The notes below the pieces were generated by a model, which was given only the letters and a program-made list of their open reading frames with translations, was not told the DNA's origin and searched no databases. A stretch of DNA of 64,000 nt, from positions 186,001-250,000 of the forward strand of contig JBPQGU010000016.1 in the NCBI GenBank assembly GCA_051362555.1, read 5' to 3'. The translations under genes and the position numbers were made by a program. The stretch comes from Lingula anatina. Taxonomy: Eukaryota; Animalia; Brachiopoda. This document shows positions 1-19,800 of this stretch, in pieces (position 1 is the stretch's first letter; each line of letters starts with the position of its first letter).

Positions 1-258
1 GCCTGTAGAAATTTGTTTCAAGTACTCCTTGATATTAGTCCTAAAAAAGAACCAATTAAATGTCTGAGAGCTGCATTCAGAGATTCCACACTTGAGCATC
101 TGGCAGATGAACTAGAAGTAAGCAGTCAGGATGTAGAGGGTGAGTTACAGGAACACGGAGGGGGAGGTGATCTTCCTTCTTGGCAGGAGCCATTGGCGAT
201 GGGATTGGAAGCTCCCCCCACATTAGTCATGGGCCAAAGACCTATTGCAGCACATTAG
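1..258 (+). CDS. Partial coding sequence, possibly the C-terminal helices of a CARD/death-fold domain (gene starts left of window)
   Basis: Frame 1 is open from base 1: ACRNLFQVLLDISPKKEPIKCLRAAFRDSTLEHLADELE resembles the CARD ending (LLdiLp..g..af..F..aL.et...hLadlL). A possible donor GTGAGT lies at about 140; otherwise the stop is at 256-258. Confidence 0.35.
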   Translation, partial: ACRNLFQVLLDISPKKEPIKCLRAAFRDSTLEHLADELEVSSQDVEGELQEHGGGGDLPSWQEPLAMGLEAPPTLVMGQRPIAAH

Positions 259-716
259 AGAACAACTGTGCCAAAAACATGTTGGCTTCTGTTGCTTTGG
301 GCCACTGGGGATACAGAACCTAGGCCCAGTTTGATCAATACTGGATAATATTATCCATTGGATAAAATTGTCGTCCTCTTGACAATTACCCTAAGTATTG
401 CAGCCATAATTTTTGAACACTGGATAGCAATAGCAGAGGCCACCAAAAGCATCCAGCATTTGTGAAGCACATTATTCTAGGATAACTGAAAGCATGTAAA
501 TCTGATATGTTGATGTCAGTTATAAATATACATAAAACCTACTGTGCATGTTTGCACTAGCAATTAATATAAACTAATATAATGTCTGTATCTGATGCAG
601 GCTCTTGCTGGACAGGCTTGATATTTTGACTACAATTAAAATGCAGCTGCTGCTGCAGCTTTTTATTATGCAGTCGTGATTTGGAACAAAATATGTGTCA
701 ATGCATGCACACACAT

Positions 717-970
717 AAACATATGCAAGCTGGCACACATATTATTGAAGCTTTTCTAGTCAAACATGTGCAAACTGGCACATATTATTGAAGCTTTTTC
801 TAGTTAAACATGTGCAAACTGGCACATGCATATTATTGAAGCTTTTCTAGTCAAACATATGCATGGCACATACATATTATTATTGAAGTATTTCTAGTCA
901 AACATATGCAAGCTGGCACATACATATTTTTGAAGCTTTTCTAGTCAAACATATGCAAGCTGGCACATAC
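717..970. repeat. Minisatellite, about 45 bp unit x about 5.5
   Basis: Repeated AAACATATGCAAGCTGGCACA(TA)CATATTATTGAAGCTTTTCTAGTC. Confidence 0.9.
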
Positions 971-3040
971 AATGTCATAGTAAAACTGAAAACTTCATCA
1001 AACTTGAAAATGTGTCTGTTGATAAGTTCGGAAACTGTGTCACCTGATATGGCTGTGCGGGATTCGTGCATTTTAAAATATGAATTAATTTTTAAGTGAC
1101 ATTTTTAACCATAGTAGAGTGAGGACAGAAGACTGAATTTCAATACAACAATATACCATTCTTACAACCATTATTAAGTACTTACCAGTGATCTTTGTAT
1201 CTTGTATTCCACACTTGCCCTTATAATTATATCTGAAGACAAGTGTTTTTTGTCTTTTATGTGCAATTTTTGTAAAAAGGGCAATAATTTTTTAGTGAAA
1301 CTGGCATTCTTAACACTAGATGTATCATGCATGGACCAAGAGAAATGAGAAGAAAAGCTTATTTTGTAATGAAAGTAGTTTTGGCTTAAAGAATAAGCCA
1401 AACACTTTTGTTGCTGTTTTTTTTTTTTTTTTTTCTTTTTTTTTTTTGATATATTTTATTTCATCTCTTTATTGCTAGGAACAAATACTTACTGCAATGA
1501 ACAACATGTGATAGTGGTCTATGCTCATTTTAATAGAAGAAATTATTTGAAATATGGAGATAGTGTGTTTTCCATATATTTAATATTACTTAATTTTCTT
1601 CTTACATGGTTTATTTGTTTCCTATGTTATAATGTTGAAAGGGATTCCAATTAGCTACTGTTACTTACAATCAGAGTAATTAAGAGGACAGTATTATACA
1701 ATCATAGTTTACTGTAATAGATCAAATGGAATGAGTGCCATATAAGCTCACAGAAACGACAAGAACAATATTAATTTCTCGACAGTAATTGTCTCCGTTT
1801 ATCATTAAGCTTTTATTTATAAATTAGTTGTCATTATATTTCGTAGGCTGCTCTATTTAATTTTTCCTTTTTAGAATGTTTTTGATATTTTTCAGATATT
1901 ACCTGGCATAATCATTGCAGAATATCGAGTTTTCAATTTGTTCCAACTAATGGGAGTTTCAACATTTAAGATATTTGTCATTTGAAATATTTGAAGCATC
2001 CAATGCTTGGCAATCATAAACATTTATTTTGATATGTAGAAGATTTATGCCTCTAAGTTTTTGTAAACAATTTGTTTAGGATAGTATTATGTTAAAATGA
2101 TAACTGATGGTTACTTATTATTATAATTTTAATTAACTGATGATTTTTCTGGTTATTATTTTTATTGTTTTATTTATTATTTTTTTCTTTATTCATTTAT
2201 TTATTTTTATTATTATTATTTTTTTTTTTGCATCATTACAATGACATTAAACTCATTTGTTTACCAACTTCTGTTCTTGATTTAAATAAATATTAAATGT
2301 GAATGCATAGTAATTTGTAGATTTTTCTTCAATATGAAGTTCAGGTTGGTAAGAAAAATGTCAAGGTTTTAAACCAATGACACAGTAACAAGACTTTCCA
2401 TTATTTACATTCTAACTTTTATTTCAACACAAAATTGAACCTTCCAGAAGACAAAGTTAAGACTGAGTGTCCCTTTCATGAAATATGTGGTGCTTTTGCT
2501 GTGATGGTCAAAATATGAAGTGCATTTCCAAGAAGAATTATTTTCTTATGGCCTAAATCAAGGTATGCAAATAAATAAAAAAAAATTTCAAATGTTTTCC
2601 TTTGCAGCCAATAAACACACTGCTGCATGATTTAAATTTGAGTAACAAAATGTTTTGCATGGAGAATTTCCAAATGTCAAAATTCCACGAAATTCCACTT
2701 TGAAGATTTCGTCCACACATGCCTCATGGGCAAGTTTGCTCATATCAGTGTCACACAACACCTGTCATTCTGTAGTGTTTTAATGGCATATGTGAACATG
2801 ATCCTTATCACATTCCTTAGTCTATGTATGATGACATCAGTGTACCCAAAACCATCTACCTCCCTGGGTATTCATAAATGCTAGCAAGCAATTCGTCCTG
2901 TGTCTTCCGTCTTCCTTTCACAAAACATCGTACAAGACTGAGTTCAGTCATGTCCACTGGACGAGAACATCCAAGTAAAACCAGTTCATATTTTTTTACA
3001 ATTTGTTACATTAAACAAAAGTCAAGTCTTAAGCCATGTT

Positions 3041-8942
<5,902 letters not shown>

Positions 8943-9199
8943 CTTTTAAAACTTTGCTTACATAAATTTCAATATGGCCGAAACAGCGACTGCTTCTCCG
9001 CAACAAATAGTGTTATGCAAATCTATATAAATATGAAAAAAGTAATAATGATAAATTTGATAATCTTAATATTTTTCATTAATAAAATTTTACTTATTGT
9101 GCTCTTTCCATGTTCCATTAATTTAATATAGATATGAATTGGAAAAGGTCGGGACTTGCACGTAACAGCTGCCCTCTAGCGACATGAAAACATATGAAA
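8943..9199. promoter_or_regulatory. Bidirectional promoter NDUFV1/TUBGCP5
   Basis: Divergent ATGs are separated by only 257 bp; YY1/TISU-like AAAATGGCG at the TUBGCP5 start. Confidence 0.75.
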
Positions 9200-12100
9200 A
9201 TGGCGCGGTGGGTAAAAGTTGAAAAAGAAACTGGAAAGTTGATCAACGCCATAGCCGGCTTTGAGGTGAGATGCACAGTAAGAACAACACGGTTGCTTAT
9301 TTTTGTCTTACCACGATAAATTCATAGCACACCCAAAGTGATAAAGTTTAGGAATTGTTTCTTGATTTTTGTTTATATTTTGTCGGAGAAGGGGGGGGGG
9401 GGGGGGGGGGGGGGGGCAGAAACTGTCACTGAGTCGGAACCGCAACAGTTAAAAGCCATAAGTGATAAAGTATTGCTTGAATGTGTATATTGATATTTAA
9501 GGTACTTAAAATTTTAAGGAACAATTCGTTAGTGGGACATCGAAAAGATTGTTCGTGATTTTTAAAAATGAAAGCTTGAAAGTTAAAGCAATAATAACTC
9601 TTCCTTTGAGATTCAAAATTCCGCATGAAATACATTGTAAACAACGCATGGAAATATATTCTATTGTATTTTACCACTAAAACGGCCGTTATTGCAGTAA
9701 AACTAAAATCTGTGCTTGTCAATATGGCTTTCGATGCTTTCATCAAGGCATTCGTTGCTAATGACGTAATGGTGTCACGCGGATTCTCGCGTTCATTCGA
9801 GACCAAAATAACATATGGCGCCAAACGCATTAATGCGGACGCAGACGTAAGTTGCGAGTTTTTATACAGTGCGTCGGTTAACGAAAAGCCCAGAATGGCA
9901 CACATTGTGGATATTAATGTATTTTTAACAAAAAGACGAATATATCTCATGAATCTTATATTGTGTTGTTGTTGTCTGCTTTTCCCGCGGTTTTAAGTAG
10001 GTCAACAGTGACTATGCGATGTCAGAGAGAGCTCCGTCAGTTAAAATCTCTTAAGAGATTTTAACAAAAAACCGTACGTTTAGGAAAAAAACCCTGGATT
10101 AACTTTGAATGCAGGAATGGGGTCGCTGACCATTGGTAAGTACGGGGAAAATTGCCGTTTACTCCAGGAAAATCCAATTTTTGGCCAAAATGAAGAGTTA
10201 TTATGACTTTAAGTGTGATCAATTCAAGACACTAACTTGATCTTGTTCAAGGTTCTCAGTTTGTCCTTGTTTTATCAAAGCACCATGGCACACTGAAATA
10301 GTCTGCTTCATAATAAAGTTACTGATCATTTTGTGGTAAACATCACAGACCACATGCTTATGGCATGCAACAAATAAATAAATAAATAAATAAATAAATA
10401 AATCTATATTTCAGCAAGGAGAAGAAAACTATGACCTGTGCCTCCAGTTTGCTCTGTCCAACTTCAAGTATCACAGGTTCCTGGCAGTGGACAGCCATAA
10501 GGTATCCAGAGCACTAAAGGGGTACGTGTTTATATTAAAACTAAATAAAATAAATATTACAAACACTTCAGCCCACAAGGCCATTTGAGTGGGCCATCAG
10601 AATTTAAAGATCTTTTGGTCCAAACAGAAATTAAAGTCTTTTACTGGTATTTGTAATGAGGGTTTCTAGTTATTTATTTACTTTCACAAGTTATGACATT
10701 GTTATCTCAAACTGGACTGAAAATTTTAGTTTGTGTTGACAAAGAATGAATTAGTAATAGCCTTACTATTACCACATTATCATTCTCTGTCCTATTTATC
10801 GCTAAATGAAAATTATTTTTTAAAAAATCTTTTCACAGCATTCATGAAAAGTTGAGAATCCACTCTAATCATGTGGAGGCTGAGAAGTTCAACAGTCTCA
10901 CAGACAGTTTCCTGACCAGTCCAGTGTTTGAGGGCAAAACAGAAGGAAAAGTAGGTGAAACATCTCTGGAAGTCGTATTTTCATTGAATACATGACCTGA
11001 GCTGAAAAGAGACTAGTCACTAAATTTAAATGAAATTTGAAAATACCTCAAATTGCACAAGTAGAAATTAATTGTAGAAAATAAGGGTCTTAGTTTGGTC
11101 AAAAGTGATTAATTATATATATATCCTAGAAAATAGTCCGTTAAACCTGTAGATGCTTTTCAAAGTCTTCAAAAAGCTTGTTGAATTGGGTGATTTTTTT
11201 AAAAATAAATTTGGTTTACCTACTTACTAGTTTGTCTCTGCCATTTTTTTTTTAGACAGACACCCATTATGCCTTGCTGTCATTACTTTTGACTCTGGCC
11301 GATGCTCCAACACGGTCTACATATGAGGAAAGTCAGAAAGAGGTGGTACAGGGTAAGTGAAGCATCAGTTGTGTTAGTTGTGACACAGTGTCACATCTGT
11401 TGCAATTTATGTAACAATAACACATTTGGCATTTTGAGAGAGTGGAAGAGAAAAGGGACACAGTCGCACCTAACACACTTGGAATGGAGACTGGACCATC
11501 ATATGGGGCTTAGTTCTATTTACATATATACCATTATAAATGAAGGTAGATTGCTGCTATTTTTACCACAGATGATTATTTAAAATAACTCATTACCATG
11601 AATTTTTTGCAAAGAACAGAATTTTCCTCTATTGAAAATAAGTCATATTGATGTATGTATCATTCTGTTCCAGAGGAGGCGGAGGTCTTTGACTGGGGTG
11701 CGTACCTGATGGAGGGACTAGAGCCTGATGGGCCTTACCCAGAGTCTCCGGTAAGAATTCAGTTGCCTTAATTTTAAAGGGTCATCCATTTTTATCATGA
11801 ATTAAGCAAGTCTACATATTTATTAATTTTCTTATTCATTTATTTCTTTTAGATTTTTTCCAGTCCCTACCCCCCCCCCCCCACTTCATGAAAAGATAAA
11901 ATGATGACTTTTTATAGCAATTTGGATAATCATTTATATTATTTTTTCAAAAATGAACAGAGGACAGTCATCCCCTTTCCTGGCTTCAATATTATAATTA
12001 ATGTTCCAAGATAAGCAGTTCAGCAGAGAATGATTCAAATTAGAGCCTGCTCACATGACTAACAAACAAAATCATGGTCATTTTTTTTTATTTATTTATG

Positions 12101-12986
12101 TATTTATTTATTTATTTATATAAAGGTGTGGTCTGAAGATGAGGAAGAAGAAGCAGACAGGCAACCACATGTAGGCCAGAGAGAGGCCGTGGTGGCCCTA
12201 GACGACTCTGGTATCACAGTGGAGGAAGATCCGTCCAGGTCGACTTTGGCCGTAGTGGACACGGGGCAGTCGTGGCTGACCAGAAATGTGGTGGTTCAGT
12301 ACTGGAGGGGTGACAGTGACCACTCTGTTCATAGTTTCCAGTATTCAGCAAGTTTATCTAGAGAGATGTAGGTGGTGATGTGAATTGTAGTTGTTGTGAT
12401 ATTTTCACATTCTTTATAGTAGATTCTTAAAAATGTTTTTAGACAGAAAACAGCCTGATAATATCTTATTGTTCTTAAATTTGTCCCAGCTGTCTGTGAG
12501 TTATTGAAATTACTGATATTTGTAAAAAAGCCAAAAATGGTTCACCTGACTAAAGGCTTGATACATTCAAAACATATGTTACAGTATGCTTCTATTATTC
12601 CAATATTTATTTTTGTTCAGTTTTCCCCCAGTGTTAGTGCCTCAGGAAGAATGCTTTTGGTCAATGATACCACTAACAAAACATCATTTTGACAGATACT
12701 GCAAAAAGAAATGCTCAAACTGAGGGAGAAATTACCAAAGCATACTACCAGTTTTGGCTTATATTTTGATGTTTAAATTGAATAAAAAAAAGTCTGTTCC
12801 AACTTAATGAGCAATTGCCATAGCATGCTACCAGTTTTGACTTAAATTTCATATTTTGATGTTTTTGCAGGGAAATCCACCTCAAATCCAGCAACCTGTT
12901 CTACAGTGACAGGGGGTCAACTCTAGTGACAGAGACACAGGCCATCAGGGAGACACTATGGTGAGTGCCCCCCCCCCCCCCCCCCC

Positions 12987-13029
<43 letters not shown>

Positions 13030-14507
13030 TCTATGTGTACCAACCGAGGACATCAGCACAACACCATACAACCGAGGACATCTTATTCCTTGGTTAAATC
13101 AAAATAAAAACATTCAATTTAGGGTAAAATCTATTCGAGTATGAATGTTATAAATTAATTTTTTATAAAAACTAATTTTTTGCTGACAAGAATTTTACAT
13201 TCTAACCGAGGACACACACGGACACACACACGGACAGACACTACACATTACAACCGAGGACATGCATGCATCTACATGTAATAATGATTGTACTTTTAAT
13301 GCAAAGCAAATTTTATATAGCGTTACTTTGCAGCAATTCACATTTTTATGAAATTCTTTCATATTTAAGGTAAATTCCAAAATAACACCAGAGGTGATGA
13401 TTAAATGAACAGTTATACAATATTTAATGCTGGGCTTTGCCACTTTTTTAGAATTGAAGATTATGAGATAAAACATCAATTAATTTAGGAAAAGAAAGGA
13501 TACTGATGAAATAAAATAAAAGACCAAAGAAATTCGTTTTCAAACATTTTATTTTCATAATGCTTATTTTCTATTTAGCACTCTTTTATTATCATGAATT
13601 TTGTATTTTGATAACACAAAGTGTCGTCCATTGGATACAGACTTGAACAGTACACAATTTTACAATTGAGGACATCATGCCAGCAGCACCCAAAATTGTG
13701 CTTTCTTCCAATTTGATGCAATATTATATAATGCTTAAGAGCATAATGATCATCAATTTTTTATAATAAAATATTAGTATCATGAATATTCAGAAAATGT
13801 GACTAGCAAAGGTTTTCAGGTTCATGGAACTCCAAAGTCATACTTTGAAAATGCTAAATGTATACAAGAGAGCACTGTACTGAAATGGGTTTCTTTCCAT
13901 TTTTAACTTTTTTACATAAAATAATACAGTTTACTGCCATTTCACATGATCAACTAAGAAAATTGTTGAGATGGCAAAAATATCAATATAACAAGTTTAA
14001 ATGTCCTCCATTCCTCCATTCCGAACATTGTGAATGATTGAATCTGACAAACTACAATGATACGAGTTCATTTCCATTTTGGCACTTTTTTTACACAATA
14101 CAAGATAACAGGTTTACCACCATTTTTATATAATCAACTAGCAATATTGTCAAGACGCAGAAATTGTCAAACAACCCATTTTACATATCTAGTAAATTCA
14201 ATAATGAGACTGTTTACATGCCTGACAATCAAATCTGAGGAAAACCACTTATATACAAATAAAAGCTGAAGTCCCTCAAAACTCAACCAATCAATCTTAT
14301 TTTTAAATTTGATTTGTATATAGATAACATTGATCACTCTTGTGAGTTTAATAACAACAGGCCTATCGGTTCTCCCTGAAATGTGCTTACAGTGTTACTA
14401 ATATGCTTTTACTAATAATCATCAGTTCTGTGAGTTTCATGAAAACAGGCTTTAAGTTATTGGTTCTCCCTGAAATGTGCTTACAGTGTTACATAATTTA
14501 TATGCTG

Positions 14508-14548
<41 letters not shown>

Positions 14549-16787
14549 AGCATAACATTTGAAAGAAAAGGGCCTGGTCTTGCTGATTTTCAATCTTGAC
14601 CATTCTTTTACTAATAATCATCAGTTCTGTGAGTTTCATGAAAACAGGCTTATTGGTTCTCCTTGAAATATGTTAACAGTGTTGCATGTACACTGAAAAA
14701 AGGAGAAAAAATGCAAAACTTTTGAAAATAATCACCCCATTTCCTCCATTTTGAGACACTGTATTACACAGTACATGATAACATGTTTACCATCATATTT
14801 ATTTAATCAACTAGCAATGTTGTAAAGATGCAGACAATTTCAGAGAAACACTAACATATTTACATATCTAGTTAATTCAATAACGAAACTGTCAACATGC
14901 CTGACAATCAAATCTGAGGAAAACCACTTATATACAAATAAAAGTTGAAGTCCCTCAGAACTCAACCAATCTATCTTATTTTTAAATTTGATTTGTATAT
15001 AGATAACATTGATCACTCTTGTGAGTTTAATGACAACAGGCCTATCGGTTCTCCCTGAAATGTGCTTACAGTGTTACTTATATGCTGAAAAAAAAACAGC
15101 ATAAAATTTGAAAGAAAAGGGCCTGGTCATGCTGATTTTCAATTTTGACCATTCTTTTACTCATAATAATCAGTTCTGTGAGTTTCATGAAAACAGGCTT
15201 TAAGTTATTGGTTCTTCCTGAAATGTGCTTACAGTGTTACTTCTTTGCTTAAAAAAAACAGCATAACATTTGAAAGAAAAGGGCCTGGTCATGCTGATTT
15301 TCAATGTTGACCATTCTTTTACTAATAATCATCAGTTCTGTGAGTTTCATGAAAACAGGCTTATTGGTTCTCCTTGAAATGTGCTTACAGTGTTACATGT
15401 ATGCTGAAAAAAAAACAGCATAACATTTGAAAGAAAAGGGCCTGGTCATGCTGGTTTTCAATCTTGATCATTCCTTTTAATTTATTAATAATCATCAGTT
15501 CTCTGAGTTTCATGAAAACAGGCCTATTGGTTCTCCTTGAAGTGTGTTTACAGTGTTGCATGTACACTGAAAAAAGGAGAGAAAATAAGCAAAACTTTTG
15601 AAAATAATCACCCCATTTCCTCCATTTTGAGACACTGTATTACACAGTACATGATAACATGTTTACCGTCATATTTATTTAATCAACTAGCAATGTTGTA
15701 AAGATGCAGAAAATTTCAGACAAACACTAACATATTTACATATCTAGTTAGTTCAATAACGAAACTGTCAACATGCCTGACAATCAAATCTGAGGAAAAC
15801 CACTTATATACAAATAAAAGCTGAAGTCCCTCAAAACTCAACCAATCAATCTTATTTTTAAACTTGATTTGTATATAGATAACATTGATTACTCCTGTGA
15901 GTTTCATGAAAACAGGCTTATTGGTTCTCCCTGAAATGTGCTTACAGTGTTACTTATATGCTGAAAAAAAAAAAAGAAAGAAAAGGGCCTGGTCATGCTG
16001 ATTTTCAATCTTGACCATTCTTTTACTTATAATCATCAGTTCTGTGAGTTTTATGAAAAGCCTACTCTGTAGTATCGAATAAAAGTACTGATGGAATAAA
16101 AGTACTGGGTGGAAAAAATCTCAAAATTTAATAAAAGTACTGATGGAATAAAAGTACTGGGTGGAAAAAATCTCGAAATTTAATAAAAGTACTGGATGGA
16201 ATAAAAGTACTGGGTGGAAAAAACCTTTACACCGCTCCCCCCCCCCCAAAAAAAAAATGAAATAAATAAATAAAAGTAAAGAAGAAGAAGAGAAAGAAAC
16301 AAGGCAGCAAAGCTGTCAAATGTACAGACAAAAACCAGAAAATAAAAACGCAGGAAATAGGATACTGTCAATTCTGATGAACTAATGTATTATGCTAACT
16401 GTAAATGCATAGCCAAAATCAAATTCTTATTCTGCATAACATTGGATTAGGATGAAAGTAAAATGTGTATCAAGCATTAGACTAAGTTCCCATACCTAGA
16501 TCAATCTAACAGGATCAATCCAACTCCAAGGGGTTTCTCACTAAATTGCTTTCAGTTTGAGAGTCTTAGGATTCTGGCATGCCAGTTTCAGTAGGCGTGA
16601 CAGACAACTAAGCCACTTACATTGATTGCAATTTAGCGAGAATTCCCATGGAGATAGATCGATCCACAGTTAGCGTGATAGGGTCTGGAAATAGTCCCTA
16701 AGGTGTCAGGCTGATAAGAGTTAAACTTTGGAAATGCCAGAATGAGGTACAGTGAAAATTAAACACAAAAAAAATTGCTTAAACTCA

Positions 16788-16829
<42 letters not shown>

Positions 16830-19800
16830 TATTATTATTATTATTAATTTTTTTTTTTTTTTTTGCTGTATGTCAATCCTAAGAATCATTCTTGTAACTT
16901 AACAAAATACAGAAAATGTTACAAAGTAAGAGTACAGGGCTCCTGGCAGATGGGAGTGATAAGTCACGACTTGAAAATGCCAGTATAGCACTCTATAAAC
17001 CTGCATTGCCTCCAAAACAGAAAACAATCACACTGGTTTTTAAACACAAGCTGCACTTCTGTCTTATGAAACTTTTCAGTAAGTTTCAGTATCGTAAGTA
17101 ACATGGTTTTCCCGTAACCGCTATCCTGGCAGCAGTGTCCAAAATAGGGTTTTCTTCAACTTTCATGCAATAAACCATAATACTTAACAGTATAATGACC
17201 ATCAAATTTTTTATAAAAAAATAAAAGTATCATGAATATTCAGAAAATGTGATTTGGGAAGGTCTTCAAGGCCATGGAAGTTCAGAGTCACACTTTCAAA
17301 ATGCCAAAATGTAAACAAGAGATAACTGTACTGAAATGATTTTCTTTCCATTTTCAACACCTTTTTTAAAACAAAATGATCAATAAACTGTCATTTTTAA
17401 ATGTTCAACTAGGAAAATTGTTGACATAGGAAAACTATCAATAGAACAATTTTCAATGTCCAATTTGCTCCATTTGCAGATGCTGAACATAGTGAATGAT
17501 TAAATCTGACAAACTGCAATGATGAGTTCCTTTCCATTTATGATACTTTATTACACAATGCACAATATTATAACAGGTTTACCGTCATTTTTATATAATC
17601 AACAATATTGTTAAGAAGCAGAAAATGTCAAAACAACACTTTTACATATCTTATTAGTTCCATAATGAGACTGTTAACATGCCTAAGAATTAAATCTGAA
17701 GAAATAACAATTATATACAAAAATACAGAAAATGCACAGCACTTCTGGTGGATGGGAGTAAAAAATCACATCTTGAAGATGCTAGTGTTTGAAAAATAAT
17801 TTAAAAAAAAAAATTAAAAAAAAAACGTAAAAAATTCCAATAAAGCTGCTATTCAAACTTTTAATCTAGCTGTATTAACTTGATATTAATAACCCCACCA
17901 AGTTTGAGAAAAATAAAGCACTGTTATTCATCTATAGCATGTTGGCATAACACATTCTTTTTGTTGTAAATTTATTTGCAATGTTTAACACCATTTATCT
18001 GCACAATTATCACCAAATCCTAATTTTGTGACACAGTTAAGAGAGCTAAACCTATGGGACTTTACAGGGAAATCTCAAGGAGTGTTTTATGTAATCTCAT
18101 TTAATGGCCAATTGAAAATTAATGAGTAGGCAAGTGACTTTATAGACTTTAATTTAATTAGTGATCACCCAAGGGACAATTTTATAGACTGCCATCCATA
18201 CAGTACCATCATATAGCACAAAGGTGTTGCATACATGCTGAAAAAAAGTGAAAAACAGCATTACTTCCCTAAAAATGACCCAATCACGCTGATTTTCAAA
18301 CTTGACCTGCGTATTATGAATATTCATCAGTTCTGTAAGTTTGAAACCAAAAGGTAAAATGGTTTTCCACTTATCGTGTTATCGGTGCTGCATATATGCT
18401 GAAAAAAGTGAAAAAACAGCATAAATTCCCTATAAGTGACCCGATCATGCTGATTTTCGAACTTGACCTGCGTATTACGAATATTCATCAGTTCTGTAAG
18501 TTTCAAGCCAAAAGAAAAAAAGTTTTCCACTTATCGTGTTATCGGTAAAAGTGCACGGCGACGGCCACGACGGCGACAGCGACGGCGACGACAGACGCAG
18601 ATGACGGCTATATGTACAGACACATCTGTGTCTGTACATAAAAAGCTAGCTATTGATCATTGTGTCACAGTTTGTTTTAATTGGATGAATAACAAACTTC
18701 TGTGTAATAGACAAGGATTTATTTGACCTGTAGAATAAAGGAAGTAAATGTATGACCGTGCTGGTCAGATACAAGTGACAAAGTCAATCTTTGTTATAGT
18801 GAATAAAACATTTAAACAAAATAACTAATTAAATAACCAAACCCGTTTAATAGTATAAATAACTAAACAAATAGCTTACTAACAATGTATCATGGCAATT
18901 TACATTTAAAAAAAATACTCAGCTCACCTGTAGAATAAAGGAAGTAAATGTATGACCGTGCTGGTCAGATACAAGTGACAAAGTGAAAAGGGCGCGGCAA
19001 ACGACTACGACTAAGATCACGTGAAGATGATTCTCATCACGTGTGAGAAGTAACCAATGAACGCACACCAAAGAGAGAAAGAAAGAAAGAAGAAATAGAT
19101 AAATGAATATAGTAAAAATACACGAAACCATACACTGTCACATTCTACCCCCCCTAATGAAATGGTGTCCTCACCATTACAAACATCAGAGGTAATCTTA
19201 AATTATCTTTGAGGCACCATCAAAATAAATTGGGCTGGAAATACCCAATTTTCAAAAGAAAACACAAGACATTATACAAGATATTTATTTACATATATAC
19301 ATTTGAAAAGTATACTTTTAAACAAACACAGATTGGTCTTCTGTGTTGACATTGACCATTATTTCAATATAATCTTTTAAAATCTTCCCTTGTTTCTCTG
19401 ACAACTCACTCAAACTTGCATGTAGTTCCATGATGTACGCGTCCGTCATCCACGCAGGTTTTCTTCTGGTTCTTTTTGATCTTCTCAAAGATTTTTCTTC
19501 AATATCATTCTTCTCACTACTCTGTTCACCTGTGCACACATTATCACCACTCAGAGAAATTCTGTCATTCTTTTCCTCAACATATACATCACCTGTGTAC
19601 TCAGTTTCACCAATTTGAGAAATTCCATCATTCTTTTCTTCAACATATGCATCATCTGTGCACTCAGTATCAACACTCTGAGAAATTCTTTCATACTCAT
19701 TATCATTTTCTATACGTTCCTCTACGTCACGTTCACTCATACTTTCTGCCTTTCCAGGTAAAATGATATCAACATAAAGCTGATTTTCTTCCTCACTGTC

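Noticed and set aside
717-970. CRISPR-like regular repeats (also 14200-16060 and 16080-16220)
   Set aside because: Eukaryotic tandem repeats without unique spacers or cas genes
9426-9996. Overlapping 174-aa and 123-aa ORFs in TUBGCP5 intron 1
   Set aside because: No recognisable motifs; probably CpG-richer repeat-derived sequence whose ends I could not define
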